64,000 bases of DNA, from sequence record OR887633; one strand, written 5' to 3'. Made by a program: the position numbers and the translations under genes. Of the stretch, positions 1 to 9,874 are shown one piece after another. Positions within the stretch are counted from its first letter, which is position 1, and every line of letters starts with the position of its first letter. The DNA is from Shigella phage vb_GEC_SH_GT. A model generated the notes under the pieces. The model had not been told where the DNA came from. It searched no databases and worked only from the letters and a program-made list of their open reading frames with translations.

Positions 1-411
1 AACCATATCGTCGTCACGACTGTCATAGACATTGTGAACGAAGTAACTGTATTTCTTTGCAACTTCCTTACGTTCTTTTTTAATACGTTGGACGAATGCA
101 TTAAAACAAGCTTGAGTTATATATGCATGTGGGTTTTTATATTTCGTTTCATCAAAATTATGAAGTCCCTTAATAGAAGCTTCTATACCATCTGCAATCA
201 TTTCTTGTTTCCAAGACTGGGTGTATCCTGAAAAGTTGAAACGTTTAGATAAGCCTTCTGCAATAAGCATAATGGCTAATCCGATAGTATCATTCTGACG
301 AACTACTTTATTTGGGTCTTTATTATTTGCTAATTCTGTTTTCCAATCAATAATAGCTTGTAAAAGCTCTTTATTGTTTACGTAATTATATTTAGGCTTA
401 GTTTCTGACAT
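1..411 (-). CDS. 55: Late-transcription sigma factor gp55, N-terminal 137 aa; ORF continues beyond window start
   Basis: Hand translation from ATG at 409-411 gives [30 protein letters not shown]..., matching recalled T4 gp55; not in ORF track because it runs off the window edge. Confidence 0.9.
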
Positions 412-489
412 TTTCACCTCTTAGCTCAATTCATAGATCTATTATATCATAATATTTGAAGATCTATCTTAAAGCATAGAGGATATCAG

Positions 490-759
490 TTATCTAAGTA
501 AACAGTATGCTTGGAACACTTTCTCCATCATCTTTTTAAATTCATGAATATCTATGTAATGACTAGTTAAATCAGCATGATATAAAAAGTCTAAAAACTT
601 TTCATGTGTGCTAACATATTCGCTTTCATTTAATTCAGAAACATGGCTTTCCCAATATCCAACACCAGTCTTATTTGGGAAAAATGAAATTTTCATGTAT
701 TGGTCAACATAGAAAATTCCATAATTTTCAATAGTAATAGAAATATTAATAAATTTCAT
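490..759 (-). CDS. Hypothetical small protein (gene 55-proximal)
   Basis: 89 aa ORF, minus strand, tightly packed with neighbours. Confidence 0.5.
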   Translation of the reverse strand: MKFINISITIENYGIFYVDQYMKISFFPNKTGVGYWESHVSELNESEYVSTHEKFLDFLYHADLTSHYIDIHEFKKMMEKVFQAYCLLR

Positions 760-971
760 ACATTCATCAACTTAGCCGCTTCAAGAGCTGCATCTAGTGA
801 ATCAAACTGGTCAACATATTCAATCAGTTTACCGTAATTGGCATATAACCACCATTGGCTAAATTCATACTCAAGGATGAATCCGTTTCCTTCAATTTGA
901 GTTAAACCAATGCCGTTTGTATTTACTTCATATCCGGCAAGACGTAAATCGTTAATAAGAGCTTCGTTCAT
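756..971 (-). CDS. Hypothetical small protein
   Basis: 71 aa ORF; its start overlaps the stop of the next gene. Confidence 0.5.
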   Translation of the reverse strand: MNEALINDLRLAGYEVNTNGIGLTQIEGNGFILEYEFSQWWLYANYGKLIEYVDQFDSLDAALEAAKLMNV

Positions 972-973
972 AA

Positions 974-1300
974 TTATGCCTTAGTAATTTTCAGGTCAGC
1001 AAATTTTTTCTTGCGTTGATTTTTCATACGACGAATAGTTTTATCAGAAATTTCATGCTTTTGATAAGCTTTAGATTCTACACCAAAAGCTTTAACATCA
1101 AATTCTGACAGGATATATTGAACCAACAATTCACGGACAGTATTGCGTCCAATTTTCTGATCATTCTGTTTCATCGTCTGATGAAGCTCTTTTTCCCATT
1201 TATCCAAAATTTGAGGAGTTACAATATCGCCTTTTTCTAGCAAAGAAACTACTTTATCATATGCGTAAGAATTGATGGCGTTTTTAATTTGAATAGTCAT
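974..1300 (-). CDS. Hypothetical protein
   Basis: 108 aa ORF, basic C-terminus. Confidence 0.5.
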   Translation of the reverse strand: MTIQIKNAINSYAYDKVVSLLEKGDIVTPQILDKWEKELHQTMKQNDQKIGRNTVRELLVQYILSEFDVKAFGVESKAYQKHEISDKTIRRMKNQRKKKFADLKITKA

Positions 1301-1338
1301 ACATTATCCTCAATTACATTAAAATTTTATTATCCAAA

Positions 1339-1354
1339 AAGGGCCGAAGCCCTT
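1339..1354 (-). terminator. Stable hairpin, UUCG tetraloop on minus-strand RNA (3' stabiliser or terminator)
   Basis: aagggc-cgaa-gccctt: 6-bp stem, loop reads UUCG on minus strand. Confidence 0.5.
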
Positions 1355-1553
1355 AGCTAAACTTTTTGGCACCCTTCCAGCCTTCGTACATCATTGCGGC
1401 TGATATTAATATTGCTCCTGAGCAACTTGAATATTTGTGATTCCAAAACCAGTTTAGAAAAACTTCGTCATCAATACCCTGGGCTATCATATTTTCAAAG
1501 AACTGACGACGAGCTTCAGCAATTCGTTGCGATAATTTAGATTCAGGATTCAT
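1353..1553 (-). CDS. Hypothetical small protein
   Basis: 66 aa ORF followed by the hairpin. Confidence 0.5.
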   Translation of the reverse strand: MNPESKLSQRIAEARRQFFENMIAQGIDDEVFLNWFWNHKYSSCSGAILISAAMMYEGWKGAKKFS

Positions 1554-1688
1554 TTAAATTTTCCAGTTACCGTTTTCATCAATGAATTTAATCCAGTCAT
1601 TTACTGACCACTTGGTCGTATCGCCTTTTGGAGCAACATTTAAAGTGTATAATCCTTGTTTAAAAAGCATTCGTTTGATATTCATATT
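1554..1688 (-). CDS. Hypothetical small protein (start set at the internal Met with a GAGGAA RBS)
   Basis: ORF 1554-1769; the Met at 1686-1688 is preceded by GAGGAA and avoids a 77-nt overlap. Confidence 0.4.
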   Translation of the reverse strand, partial: NMNIKRMLFKQGLYTLNVAPKGDTTKWSVNDWIKFIDENGNWKI

Positions 1689-1692
1689 TTCC

Positions 1693-1986
1693 TCAGCTGT
1701 AACGATAGCACTCGTTTGATTTACGCTTAGCAACTCGTTGAGAAGTATTGTAATCAAAATCATCGTCAATGTAAACTGATTTTTTCAACTTTCTTACTTC
1801 ACCACGTAATTGACGATTTAACTCATCTTTAACTTCTGAATCAATGCCTTTCATTCTACGCCATTTATCTGAGCGAAAAATGTTTTCAACCATATCTTTA
1901 TGACTTACACCATCAGGAGCTTTACGCTTTCCGAAATAGTCATAATCACGCACTTTTAAATCTTTACGACGATACGTTTTACCCAT
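1693..1986 (-). CDS. Hypothetical basic protein (start uncertain, 1986 or 2025)
   Basis: ORF 1693-2025; Lys/Arg-rich. Confidence 0.45.
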   Translation of the reverse strand: MGKTYRRKDLKVRDYDYFGKRKAPDGVSHKDMVENIFRSDKWRRMKGIDSEVKDELNRQLRGEVRKLKKSVYIDDDFDYNTSQRVAKRKSNECYRYS

Positions 1987-2161
1987 GGAGTTTAATTTCC
2001 TTAGCAACTGAACTAAATACAGCACGGTCGCAAATCATCTGTTTATGTAACTTGAGTATAAGATAATAAACTTCAAAACCGTTTACATAAGTAACACGAA
2101 CAACATTACCATTAATAAAATAATATTGTCCCTTTTTAATTTCTTTATCAACCACAACCAT
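1979..2161 (-). CDS. Hypothetical small protein
   Basis: 60 aa ORF downstream of an early promoter-like element. Confidence 0.45.
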   Translation of the reverse strand: MVVVDKEIKKGQYYFINGNVVRVTYVNGFEVYYLILKLHKQMICDRAVFSSVAKEIKLHG

Positions 2162-2191
2162 ATCAAATCCTCAAAGGCAATTTATATGTTA

Positions 2192-2222
2192 ATAATACCA
2201 CAGTTTAAACTTCTTGTAAACA
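2192..2222 (-). promoter_or_regulatory. T4-type early promoter (minus strand)
   Basis: Plus strand shows tgtaaaca (revcomp of -35 GTTTACA) about 17 bp from an AT-rich -10; same module recurs at about 10 other gene starts. Confidence 0.45.
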
Positions 2223-2301
2223 ACTTTGTGAAAATTATTTTAGGGAATGATAAGAAGGGAACGATAGCTTAGAATGGTAATATACAGAATGTGAGAAAGA
2301 A

Positions 2302-2315
2302 AGGCCCAGAGGGCC
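2302..2315 (-). terminator. Hairpin 3' of nrdH
   Basis: ggccc-aga-gggcc style GC stem just past the nrdH stop. Confidence 0.4.
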
Positions 2316-2319
2316 CATC

Positions 2320-2628
2320 TTAATCTTCTATGATATCTCTATCATATCCAAGTGAAATGAGAGTTTCTTTGAAGTGTTTAATGTTCTTTTGTCTAGAATC
2401 ATTGATGAAAATGACTGGATAACGAATGTTAAGAGATGTGAATCCAGCTCGTTTAGCAAGAGATACAATCAGTGGACGATCATACTCAATCTTACCATTA
2501 TTTGTAAGAACTTTATAGAAAGTAAAAGGAGCATTGAGCTCCTTTAGAAGTTTTGTAACTGATTGACATCCAGGACAACGACCTACTTCATCTGGAATTC
2601 CATAGACTTCAATCTTGTTTTGTTTCAC
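2320..2628 (-). CDS. nrdH: Glutaredoxin-like protein NrdH
   Basis: 102 aa; CPGC redox motif; sits beside nrdG/nrdD as in T4. Confidence 0.8.
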   Translation of the reverse strand: MKQNKIEVYGIPDEVGRCPGCQSVTKLLKELNAPFTFYKVLTNNGKIEYDRPLIVSLAKRAGFTSLNIRYPVIFINDSRQKNIKHFKETLISLGYDRDIIED

Positions 2629-2630
2629 AA

Positions 2631-2867
2631 CTATTCCTTACTAAGAGCAGCATTAAGCTTGTTAGTAATTTTATCCAGACGCTCATTGAATTCGCTAGAA
2701 GATAGTCCTTTTTCTGGAGAAATTAAGCTAATCACGAAAAATATAGCAATAAAAGGAATAAGGAAAATAGCTCCAACTGCCATAAACAAAAAGAATGTTA
2801 CGGTTGTAAGAAAATCAGCTAAACCTTTACGAAATTTATACATATTTACCCTTAATTGATTAACCAA
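2631..2867 (-). CDS. Small membrane protein
   Basis: 78 aa; hydrophobic stretch VTFFLFMAVGAIFLIPFIAIFFVISLI. Confidence 0.5.
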   Translation of the reverse strand: MVNQLRVNMYKFRKGLADFLTTVTFFLFMAVGAIFLIPFIAIFFVISLISPEKGLSSSEFNERLDKITNKLNAALSKE

Positions 2868-2957
2868 GCATTGATAAGCACTAAACTGTATTGCGAATAA
2901 AATTCTGGACCAAAATGAAAAATCATATCATTTATAGTGTCCATAATATAATTCAAT

Positions 2958-3428
2958 TTAATCATGTTTCCACACCCCATCGGTATTTGACCAAAGTCGC
3001 TGATTATCTGAACCTCGCCACAGCTTTTTGGTCGGAAGATTTTTCTCATACTTCCCATCAATAATAACATCAACATATTTAAGCATTTCTAGTTTTTTAA
3101 TATCTTCAAACTTGTACCCTGTCCACAACCAAATGCTTTTATTCGGATAAAGATTTTTTACTGTTTGAACAATGCAATGAACAGCATCTCGGTTATCAGG
3201 ATAAAGAGGGTCTCCTCCAGTTATAGTTAATCCTTCTATATAATCATTATTCAAACATTCAATTAATTGTTCTAGTGTTTCACCAGTGAATGGAACGCCA
3301 TTTCTAGCATTCCATGTTGATTTATTATAACACCCTTCGCATTTATGCAAACAACCTGTAACGAAAAGAACGACCCTGCATCCAGGGCCATTCACAAAAT
3401 CGCAGGGATAAAATCTATCGTAATTCAT
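2958..3428 (-). CDS. nrdG: Anaerobic ribonucleotide reductase activating protein (radical SAM)
   Basis: 156 aa; CLHKCEGC (CX3CX2C) cluster motif; stop overlaps the nrdD region. Confidence 0.9.
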   Translation of the reverse strand: MNYDRFYPCDFVNGPGCRVVLFVTGCLHKCEGCYNKSTWNARNGVPFTGETLEQLIECLNNDYIEGLTITGGDPLYPDNRDAVHCIVQTVKNLYPNKSIWLWTGYKFEDIKKLEMLKYVDVIIDGKYEKNLPTKKLWRGSDNQRLWSNTDGVWKHD

Positions 3429-5242
3429 TGGTGTTTAACCCTATGCATGATTTCTTTATTTTTGCCAAGATTAAATCCGCGCTCGTTCGGATTTCCTAAA
3501 TAGCCGCATGTTCTTCTTATGGTGTTCATCTTTTTAGGATCATTTTCTCCACAAATAGAACAAACAAATCCGTTTTCAGTAGGAGTCATTTCATGGGTAC
3601 TTCCACACGTAAAACATTTATCTACTGGCATATTAACACCAAAATAATCTAAATGTTGTGCAGCATAATCCCATACAGCCTCAAGACCTTTTAGGTTATT
3701 TTTCATATCAGGAAGTTCAACATAAGAAATGTGACCACCTGTCGCAATGAAATGATACGGAGCTTCGCGAGAAATCTTTTCAAACGGAGTAATATTTTCT
3801 TCTACTGAAACGTGGAAACTGTTAGTGTACCAGCCTTTATCGGTAACATCTTTTACACTTCCATATTTTTCGGTATCAAGTTTACAGAAGCGATAGCACA
3901 GGTTTTCAGCAGGAGTAGAATACAAACTAAAAGCAAAACCGGTTCTTTCAGTCCACTGCTTAAGACGAGCATTCATTTTAGTCAAAATTTCCTGTCCAAT
4001 ATCACGACCGACAAGAATATTCAATTCGTGAATACCAATGTATCCTAGGGATACTGAACTTCTACCGTTTTTAAATAACTCAATTATATCGTCATCAGGT
4101 TTAAGACGGACCCCGAATGCACCTTCTTGGTAAAGAATAGGAGCAACAGTAGCTTTAACTCCTTTTAAGGAACTAATTCTACACATCAAAGCTTCAAAAC
4201 ATAAATCCATTCGTTCATTGAACAATTCGGCAAATTTCTGTTCATTGAACTGTGTTCCAATATAAGAATCTAATGCAATACGAGGAAGATTCAGTGTTAC
4301 AACACCAAGATTATTACGTCCATCAAGAATTTCATTACCAGTCGAATCTTTCCATACGCCCAAGAAACTACGGCAACCCATTGGAGAAACAGGAATAGAT
4401 GAACCAGTGATAGCTTTATTGTTCTTAGCCGAAATGATGTCAGGATACATTCTTTTGCTTGCACACTCTAGAGCAAGCTGCTTAATATCATAGTTCGGAT
4501 CGTCTTTATAAAGATTAACACCTTCTTCAACGAACATAACAAGTTTAGGGAAAATAGGAGTTATCCCGTCACGACCAAGACCTTTAATACGATTTTTCAG
4601 AATTGCTTTCTGAATCATTCGTTCAGTCCAGTCAGTTCCCGTACCAAATGTAATTGTTACAAAAGGCGTTTGTCCGTTTGAACTAAAGAGAGTATTTACT
4701 TCATATTCATAAGCTTGGAACGCATCGTATACGTCTTTTTCTGTTTTAGACTGGGCGTAATTCAACGCATCAGCGATTTGCCATTTTTCTGCATCCTCAA
4801 TATGTTTTGCATAGGTGCGTTTAACATAAGGAGAAAGTACTTTGTCTACATTCGCAAAAGTCGTTCCACCGTATTGATGGGAAGCAACCTGTGCAGTAAT
4901 TTGTGCCATAATTGCAGTAGCAACGCCAATTGATTTAGGGGTTTCAATCTGTGCATTACCAAGCTTAAACCCGTTCTCAAGCATTCCTTTTAAATCTACT
5001 AAACAGCAATTAGTAAATGGAAGAGCAGGGGAATAATCAATATCATGGAAATGAATAATTCCGCTTTCATGCGCTTTCATAATAAAAGACGGGACCATAT
5101 TTTTGGCAATGTGTTTAGACACAATACCAGCCATAAGGTCCCGTTGAGTTGGAAAAACACGAGAATCTTTATTAGCATTCTCGTTTAAAAGGTCTTTATT
5201 AGTTTTATGAATCAATCCTTCAATTTCTTTTTCAATTGTCAT
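3425..5242 (-). CDS. nrdD: Anaerobic ribonucleoside-triphosphate reductase (class III), uninterrupted
   Basis: 605 aa; C-terminal glycyl-radical motif RRTCGYLG and Cys zinc ribbon; continuous ORF. Confidence 0.92.
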   Translation of the reverse strand: MTIEKEIEGLIHKTNKDLLNENANKDSRVFPTQRDLMAGIVSKHIAKNMVPSFIMKAHESGIIHFHDIDYSPALPFTNCCLVDLKGMLENGFKLGNAQIETPKSIGVATAIMAQITAQVASHQYGGTTFANVDKVLSPYVKRTYAKHIEDAEKWQIADALNYAQSKTEKDVYDAFQAYEYEVNTLFSSNGQTPFVTITFGTGTDWTERMIQKAILKNRIKGLGRDGITPIFPKLVMFVEEGVNLYKDDPNYDIKQLALECASKRMYPDIISAKNNKAITGSSIPVSPMGCRSFLGVWKDSTGNEILDGRNNLGVVTLNLPRIALDSYIGTQFNEQKFAELFNERMDLCFEALMCRISSLKGVKATVAPILYQEGAFGVRLKPDDDIIELFKNGRSSVSLGYIGIHELNILVGRDIGQEILTKMNARLKQWTERTGFAFSLYSTPAENLCYRFCKLDTEKYGSVKDVTDKGWYTNSFHVSVEENITPFEKISREAPYHFIATGGHISYVELPDMKNNLKGLEAVWDYAAQHLDYFGVNMPVDKCFTCGSTHEMTPTENGFVCSICGENDPKKMNTIRRTCGYLGNPNERGFNLGKNKEIMHRVKHQ

Positions 5243-5712
5243 TTTAAACTCTTTCTAAGCTGCTTCTTAAATGAAGCTATTAATTGTGTTTTAGTGTCAG
5301 ATTCATTATATTCAAATCCTCTTTGAAGCATCTCAGCCATCATTTCATCTTTTCCTAAACGAGAAAATTCCTTTGATTTATCTCCAACAAAGTTAGGGTG
5401 AATATTATTTTGGGTGTAATCGGATTTTAAATAAGTAAGTAAATTTTCTAACCATTCAAGATAATCAACGCCTTGTCCTTTTAAGCCAGAACGATTAAAT
5501 TTATGTTTCATTTGACCTTCTGCAGCATTGCAGAGATTACAGAGCAATCCACGTACCTTTCCAGCTTTCGGTCCATTTAATTCATGGTCATGGTCAAGAT
5601 GATTAGCTTGAACATCAGGATTTAATTCTCGTTGGCAAATTAAGCATTTACCGTTTTGTGCATTATAAAATTTTTGTTTTTCTTCTTTGTATAATTTGCC
5701 AGTCAATAACAT
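5239..5712 (-). CDS. 49: Endonuclease VII (Holliday junction resolvase)
   Basis: 157 aa; near-identical to recalled T4 gp49 (MLLTGKLYKEEKQKFY...HLDHDHELNGPKAGKVRGLLCNLCN). Confidence 0.9.
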   Translation of the reverse strand: MLLTGKLYKEEKQKFYNAQNGKCLICQRELNPDVQANHLDHDHELNGPKAGKVRGLLCNLCNAAEGQMKHKFNRSGLKGQGVDYLEWLENLLTYLKSDYTQNNIHPNFVGDKSKEFSRLGKDEMMAEMLQRGFEYNESDTKTQLIASFKKQLRKSLK

Positions 5713-5761
5713 AATAAAACCCTTACCTTAAATAGATAAGGGTATTTATTATTTTCAAGTA

Positions 5762-6226
5762 TTAAAACGCTCGGTCAGAAAAAGAAATTTGAGTTTCAAG
5801 CCATTCAATATATTCTGCCGCGGCTTGCATCAAATTTCCTTCATAACCATCGTTATTTTCTTGTGCAGCTAATTTAGCTAATGCATATGAAATGCGTTCA
5901 CCTTGAAAAGCGGCTTTAGGTTTATGAATAGCTTGATCAACTCGTTCTACGACTTCTTCAATTTCGCCATTTTCTACTGATTCAGTATTCCACAAGCACC
6001 AATACGCAATTGGCTTATCGTAGATGTTAATAATCTTTCCATCAGAAAGTTCAATTTCAATAATTCCAGTATCAGGTTCTATATCATCTTCACATTCTTT
6101 TGCAAGTTCACGAACTTTAAAGACAGTACCTGCACTAAGTTCCGGCCAGTAATTACACAGCCCTATATCAGCACGATTAATTCTAAACCACTTATCTACT
6201 GTAATCATGTCCCATCTCCATATCAA
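5762..6226 (-). CDS. Hypothetical protein (49.x / pin position)
   Basis: 154 aa ORF; position only, no motif recognised. Confidence 0.5.
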   Translation of the reverse strand: MIWRWDMITVDKWFRINRADIGLCNYWPELSAGTVFKVRELAKECEDDIEPDTGIIEIELSDGKIINIYDKPIAYWCLWNTESVENGEIEEVVERVDQAIHKPKAAFQGERISYALAKLAAQENNDGYEGNLMQAAAEYIEWLETQISFSDRAF

Positions 6227-6331
6227 TTAAGTCATTTATCGTAGGTTCATTATATACTGTTTCTTCATCAGTGTAAACCGGTTCTTCCGGCTCTGGCTCT
6301 ACAGTTTCCCATCTAGCCGCCCACCAGGGTT

Positions 6332-6652
6332 TTATAGCGTAATCCATTCTCGTATTGTCTGGGTTACTACACGTTCACGGGGCTCGACTAATTCAACAGT
6401 CGGAACTGCATAATACCAGTCAGAATGGTAAGAACCTGAACGGCATTCATTTACGGAAACATGTACATTATGTTTTGGGCTAAAATAAACACACTGCCGA
6501 TATTGGCATTTGCCATCTTGTACCCAGTCTTCTATTTCGATAGGTTTAAGATAATCCGAAAAATCGAAATCATAATTTTCTGAAAATGCATCATGGTCTT
6601 CAATGATTTCACTAAGAACTGCATCAACATCTAATTTATTTTCAATATTCAT
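6332..6652 (-). CDS. Hypothetical protein
   Basis: 106 aa, acidic N-terminus, several Cys/His. Confidence 0.5.
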   Translation of the reverse strand: MNIENKLDVDAVLSEIIEDHDAFSENYDFDFSDYLKPIEIEDWVQDGKCQYRQCVYFSPKHNVHVSVNECRSGSYHSDWYYAVPTVELVEPRERVVTQTIREWITL

Positions 6653-6662
6653 TTTTCACCAC

Positions 6663-6872
6663 TTAATTTCGCAATTTATTAAGTTCTTCATAATCAATCC
6701 AGGATTCTAGTCCTGATGGCAAATCAGATTCAATTTCCCAAAGAAGCTCTTCAATTTTCTGAAGACGATCTAATTCTTCGGCTGGAATAGTAACCATTGA
6801 CGGAGTTCTTGATACACTAATATCGTAAATCATATTTACCCCAGTTTGACCATGCAATCGCCATATTTCCAT
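6663..6872 (-). CDS. Hypothetical small protein
   Basis: 69 aa ORF; alternative start at 6833. Confidence 0.45.
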   Translation of the reverse strand: MEIWRLHGQTGVNMIYDISVSRTPSMVTIPAEELDRLQKIEELLWEIESDLPSGLESWIDYEELNKLRN

Positions 6873-7051
6873 TTAGAAATAGACTTTTCACCGTTAGAAT
6901 AATAAACTTCGAGTTTAGCACGATTATTTTTAATTTGAATAACCTTTGCTGTCATCAAAGTTCCATACCCATAATAAACTGCAACCTCATCACCCACATA
7001 TACCGCGCTTCCGCGGTAGTCATGGATATAATCAGTTCCTTCGAGCATCAT
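6836..7051 (-). CDS. Hypothetical small protein
   Basis: 71 aa ORF immediately upstream of nrdC in transcription order. Confidence 0.45.
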   Translation of the reverse strand: MMLEGTDYIHDYRGSAVYVGDEVAVYYGYGTLMTAKVIQIKNNRAKLEVYYSNGEKSISKWKYGDCMVKLG

Positions 7052-7311
7052 TTAAAGTATTCCCGCAATTGGTCAAATCCACCAATATGACTTCCATCAG
7101 GAGCAAATACTTGTGGCATCGTCAGTCCAATTTGAGTATCACGACCTAGTTTCGTCAGAAGCTCAGCGATTTTCTCATCATCAAAAACACCTTTTTCCGG
7201 CATAATGTTGATAAATTCAAACGGCTGTTTCTTTACAGTCAAAAGACGTTTTGCATTATCGCAATACACACATTTATGGATGCTGCTATCATAACCATAT
7301 ACTTTAAACAT
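7048..7311 (-). CDS. nrdC: Thioredoxin/glutaredoxin NrdC
   Basis: 87 aa; CVYC active site; matches recalled T4 NrdC. Confidence 0.9.
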   Translation of the reverse strand: MFKVYGYDSSIHKCVYCDNAKRLLTVKKQPFEFINIMPEKGVFDDEKIAELLTKLGRDTQIGLTMPQVFAPDGSHIGGFDQLREYFK

Positions 7312-7312
7312 A

Positions 7313-7555
7313 TTATTCCTTAATTCCTAGTACTTGTTTAAAAGTCTCGTCGTAATCAAGACTTTGACCTGTTTGTTCTTTATGTTTGTATATAATATCA
7401 CTTACTTCTGATAGCATATTTTTATATGAACGAGTTAAAGCAGATTTAAGCACGCTGTATCTATCAGGAAATTTACCATGTTCATTATAATAAGCTATTG
7501 CTAATTCACGGACTGCCTTTTCAGCAGTCTCCATATATTCTTTACGCTTTGTCAT
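7313..7555 (-). CDS. Hypothetical protein (nrdC.1 position)
   Basis: 80 aa ORF. Confidence 0.5.
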
Positions 7556-7838
7556 TTTCTTCTCGGTTAAATCGGTGTTTGCAATGACGGCATTTATAAC
7601 GAAGATTACTAGTCTGCCAATGGACTAATTGAACCTGTTCAGTACCGCATTCAGGACAATTAGGAACGTTTTTAGAAGCCCTTTCGCGACGTTCAACCAT
7701 AGCCATAATGGCATCCCAAGCCGGAGGTTTAAAATCTAAATCGTCAGTAACTAGCAGTCCTTTATCAAACCCAGCGCATGGAGTCCATTCAGGAAAATCT
7801 GAAGCTTCAGCAATATCTTCTAATAAACGCTTTTTCAT
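7542..7838 (-). CDS. Zinc-ribbon protein
   Basis: 98 aa; CPECG...CRHCKHRF four-Cys ribbon. Confidence 0.55.
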
Positions 7839-8761
7839 TTTAGTACCTCAATAGCATTACGTAAACCATTTGCTTTGGCGGTTAAAGTCTTAATAACTTT
7901 AGTATGCTCTTCAATCTGTTTTTCAACTTCAATCAAACGGGCACTGAGATATTCGCGTTCTTCTTTCATAGTATCATTCCCATGATTGTGCTTTGGTGTA
8001 GGTTTAAATTTACTAGGGTCCTTTAACTTAATAACAACTTTAGTTTCAAACAGTGAAAGACCATAATTCGTATTATCATCAAAGGATTCAACTACGTCCA
8101 TTTTAGACAATAACGTACGAAGATTATAAGTCAAAGAACGAATCGTTTTATTATGTTTATTAGCTTCACATGGTTTCATATATGGAAGATTTTTATATAT
8201 TTCATGTGGAGCACAAACAATAATTGACAATTCAAATGGTCCATTCTGTGATGATGGAATGAATTTAGCCGTAACCCAATCTTTTACATTTACATTAATA
8301 GTACGGTCATCGCCATGACAAAACAGTCTACGAGAATGCTTAAAAAGCATATTCACATTATTATTGAATTCATGTGAAAACTCACTAGCAAATTTTTCTT
8401 TACTATTTTTAGAAAACCATTCTTCTAAATAAGTTCTTTTCACGTCATTAATAATATTAAATGTAACAACACTAGCATTTGATACATTAGTCTCAATGTA
8501 GTTTGGATACATAAATTTTTTAACATTATTGACAGCTATCACAGAAGATAGTAATCGGGAACGTTTGAACCACTCTAGCAAAGAACCAAGAGAATGTGAA
8601 TACGCATTTTGTGTATCTTTACAAATATGGTTTTCCCATCCAATATAGTCTAAAAAATCACGAAGAATATTATTGATTACTGCTCTATGTCCTATCTGAT
8701 AATTACGATGTTTAGTAATAAGACTGTCAAAATAATCAATATAATGTTTACGAGTTTTCAT
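7835..8761 (-). CDS. Unknown protein, member 1 of a tandem array
   Basis: 308 aa; begins MKTR; Pro/Lys linker then C-terminal helix [31 protein letters not shown]. Confidence 0.6.
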   Translation of the reverse strand: MKTRKHYIDYFDSLITKHRNYQIGHRAVINNILRDFLDYIGWENHICKDTQNAYSHSLGSLLEWFKRSRLLSSVIAVNNVKKFMYPNYIETNVSNASVVTFNIINDVKRTYLEEWFSKNSKEKFASEFSHEFNNNVNMLFKHSRRLFCHGDDRTINVNVKDWVTAKFIPSSQNGPFELSIIVCAPHEIYKNLPYMKPCEANKHNKTIRSLTYNLRTLLSKMDVVESFDDNTNYGLSLFETKVVIKLKDPSKFKPTPKHNHGNDTMKEEREYLSARLIEVEKQIEEHTKVIKTLTAKANGLRNAIEVLK

Positions 8762-8813
8762 GTTCTTCTCACTTGGTTAATGATTTATACTCCGAGCCAT
8801 CCTTGGCTTTAAA

Positions 8814-9815
8814 TTACTTAATTAGCTGTAAAGCTTGTTCAAGACGATCCAGACGATTAACAGATTCTTCCCAAATCCTTTTAGCCTTCTCATATTCTTT
8901 CTGCGCTTTATTAGAAATTTCTAGAACTTCTTTATAAGCTTTTTCTAGTGCAATAACTTCTGGACGAATTTCTATCGGTTCAGGCGAATCGTCAAGACAT
9001 TCCATTAGTTCTTCAAGGGTAGTTTCTTCTTTAGGAGTATTCACAATTTCATCACATTTTTGTTGGTAAATTTCTTTATCAGTCGGTGAGTACGTACGTT
9101 TCACTTCACGGAGGCTAATTATAATTTTATATCCTTCCCAACCACACATATTTTTGAAAGGATATGTATGAATACTTTTTACGGTTTCCATACAGCCCAA
9201 AGCCGCCTCTAATTGATAAGTTATAGTGCTAGCAATTGAGAAAAATTTATTAATATTCTTTTGGTTAGCGTTTGGTGTAAAAAATCCATAATTCACAAAA
9301 ATAGCTACTTTATTTTTATCAAGCTCATATTCTTTTACGATAATCATATCAGAAGCCAAAGGATGAATTTGACGATAATTGCCATAACATAATTTAGAAG
9401 CTGATTTTAGAATTTGTCCTTTGAAAAGTCTGAAATTACTAATCCAACGACGAGTAAAAATATTCTCAGGGTCTTCTTTATTATTAAGATGATAAGAATT
9501 AACATCACCGAACCAATTATATCCTACTACATCTTTAGTTCGTTTAATTTCTTTCCCAAATTTACCAAGAATATCTCTGTTGACTAAGTATGAAAGAAGA
9601 CGAGACCCTTTAAAGGTTTTCTTAATGTCATCTTTATCTGTACGACTAGAAATTTCACGAACTTCGTGAATAAATCTGCTGGAAGAAACAATGCTTACAT
9701 CAATATTATTGAGCCATTGATTGATAATAGAAAGAACACTATTCTGACTAGACTTAGGTTTAACTTTATCATCAATAACACTGTTGAATGATTTGATATA
9801 TTCGTTACGAGTCAT
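8814..9815 (-). CDS. Unknown protein, member 2 of a tandem array
   Basis: Start taken at MTRNEY (GAGGAG RBS); C-terminal helical tail ...RIWEESVNRLDRLEQALQLIK. Confidence 0.6.
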   Translation of the reverse strand: MTRNEYIKSFNSVIDDKVKPKSSQNSVLSIINQWLNNIDVSIVSSSRFIHEVREISSRTDKDDIKKTFKGSRLLSYLVNRDILGKFGKEIKRTKDVVGYNWFGDVNSYHLNNKEDPENIFTRRWISNFRLFKGQILKSASKLCYGNYRQIHPLASDMIIVKEYELDKNKVAIFVNYGFFTPNANQKNINKFFSIASTITYQLEAALGCMETVKSIHTYPFKNMCGWEGYKIIISLREVKRTYSPTDKEIYQQKCDEIVNTPKEETTLEELMECLDDSPEPIEIRPEVIALEKAYKEVLEISNKAQKEYEKAKRIWEESVNRLDRLEQALQLIK

Positions 9816-9843
9816 ATTAATCTCCTCAGTAGAAAGTAAGAAC

Positions 9844-9874
9844 ATTATACCACATCCTTGTGGTAAAGTAAACT
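9844..9874 (-). promoter_or_regulatory. Early promoter-like element upstream of array member 2
   Basis: attataccac ... gtaaac with the same geometry as the other early promoter modules. Confidence 0.35.

Noticed and set aside
2852-3076. 74 aa minus-strand ORF overlapping the 3' end of nrdG
   Set aside because: It overlaps nrdG out of frame for over 100 nt with no RBS; the conserved radical-SAM gene explains the region.
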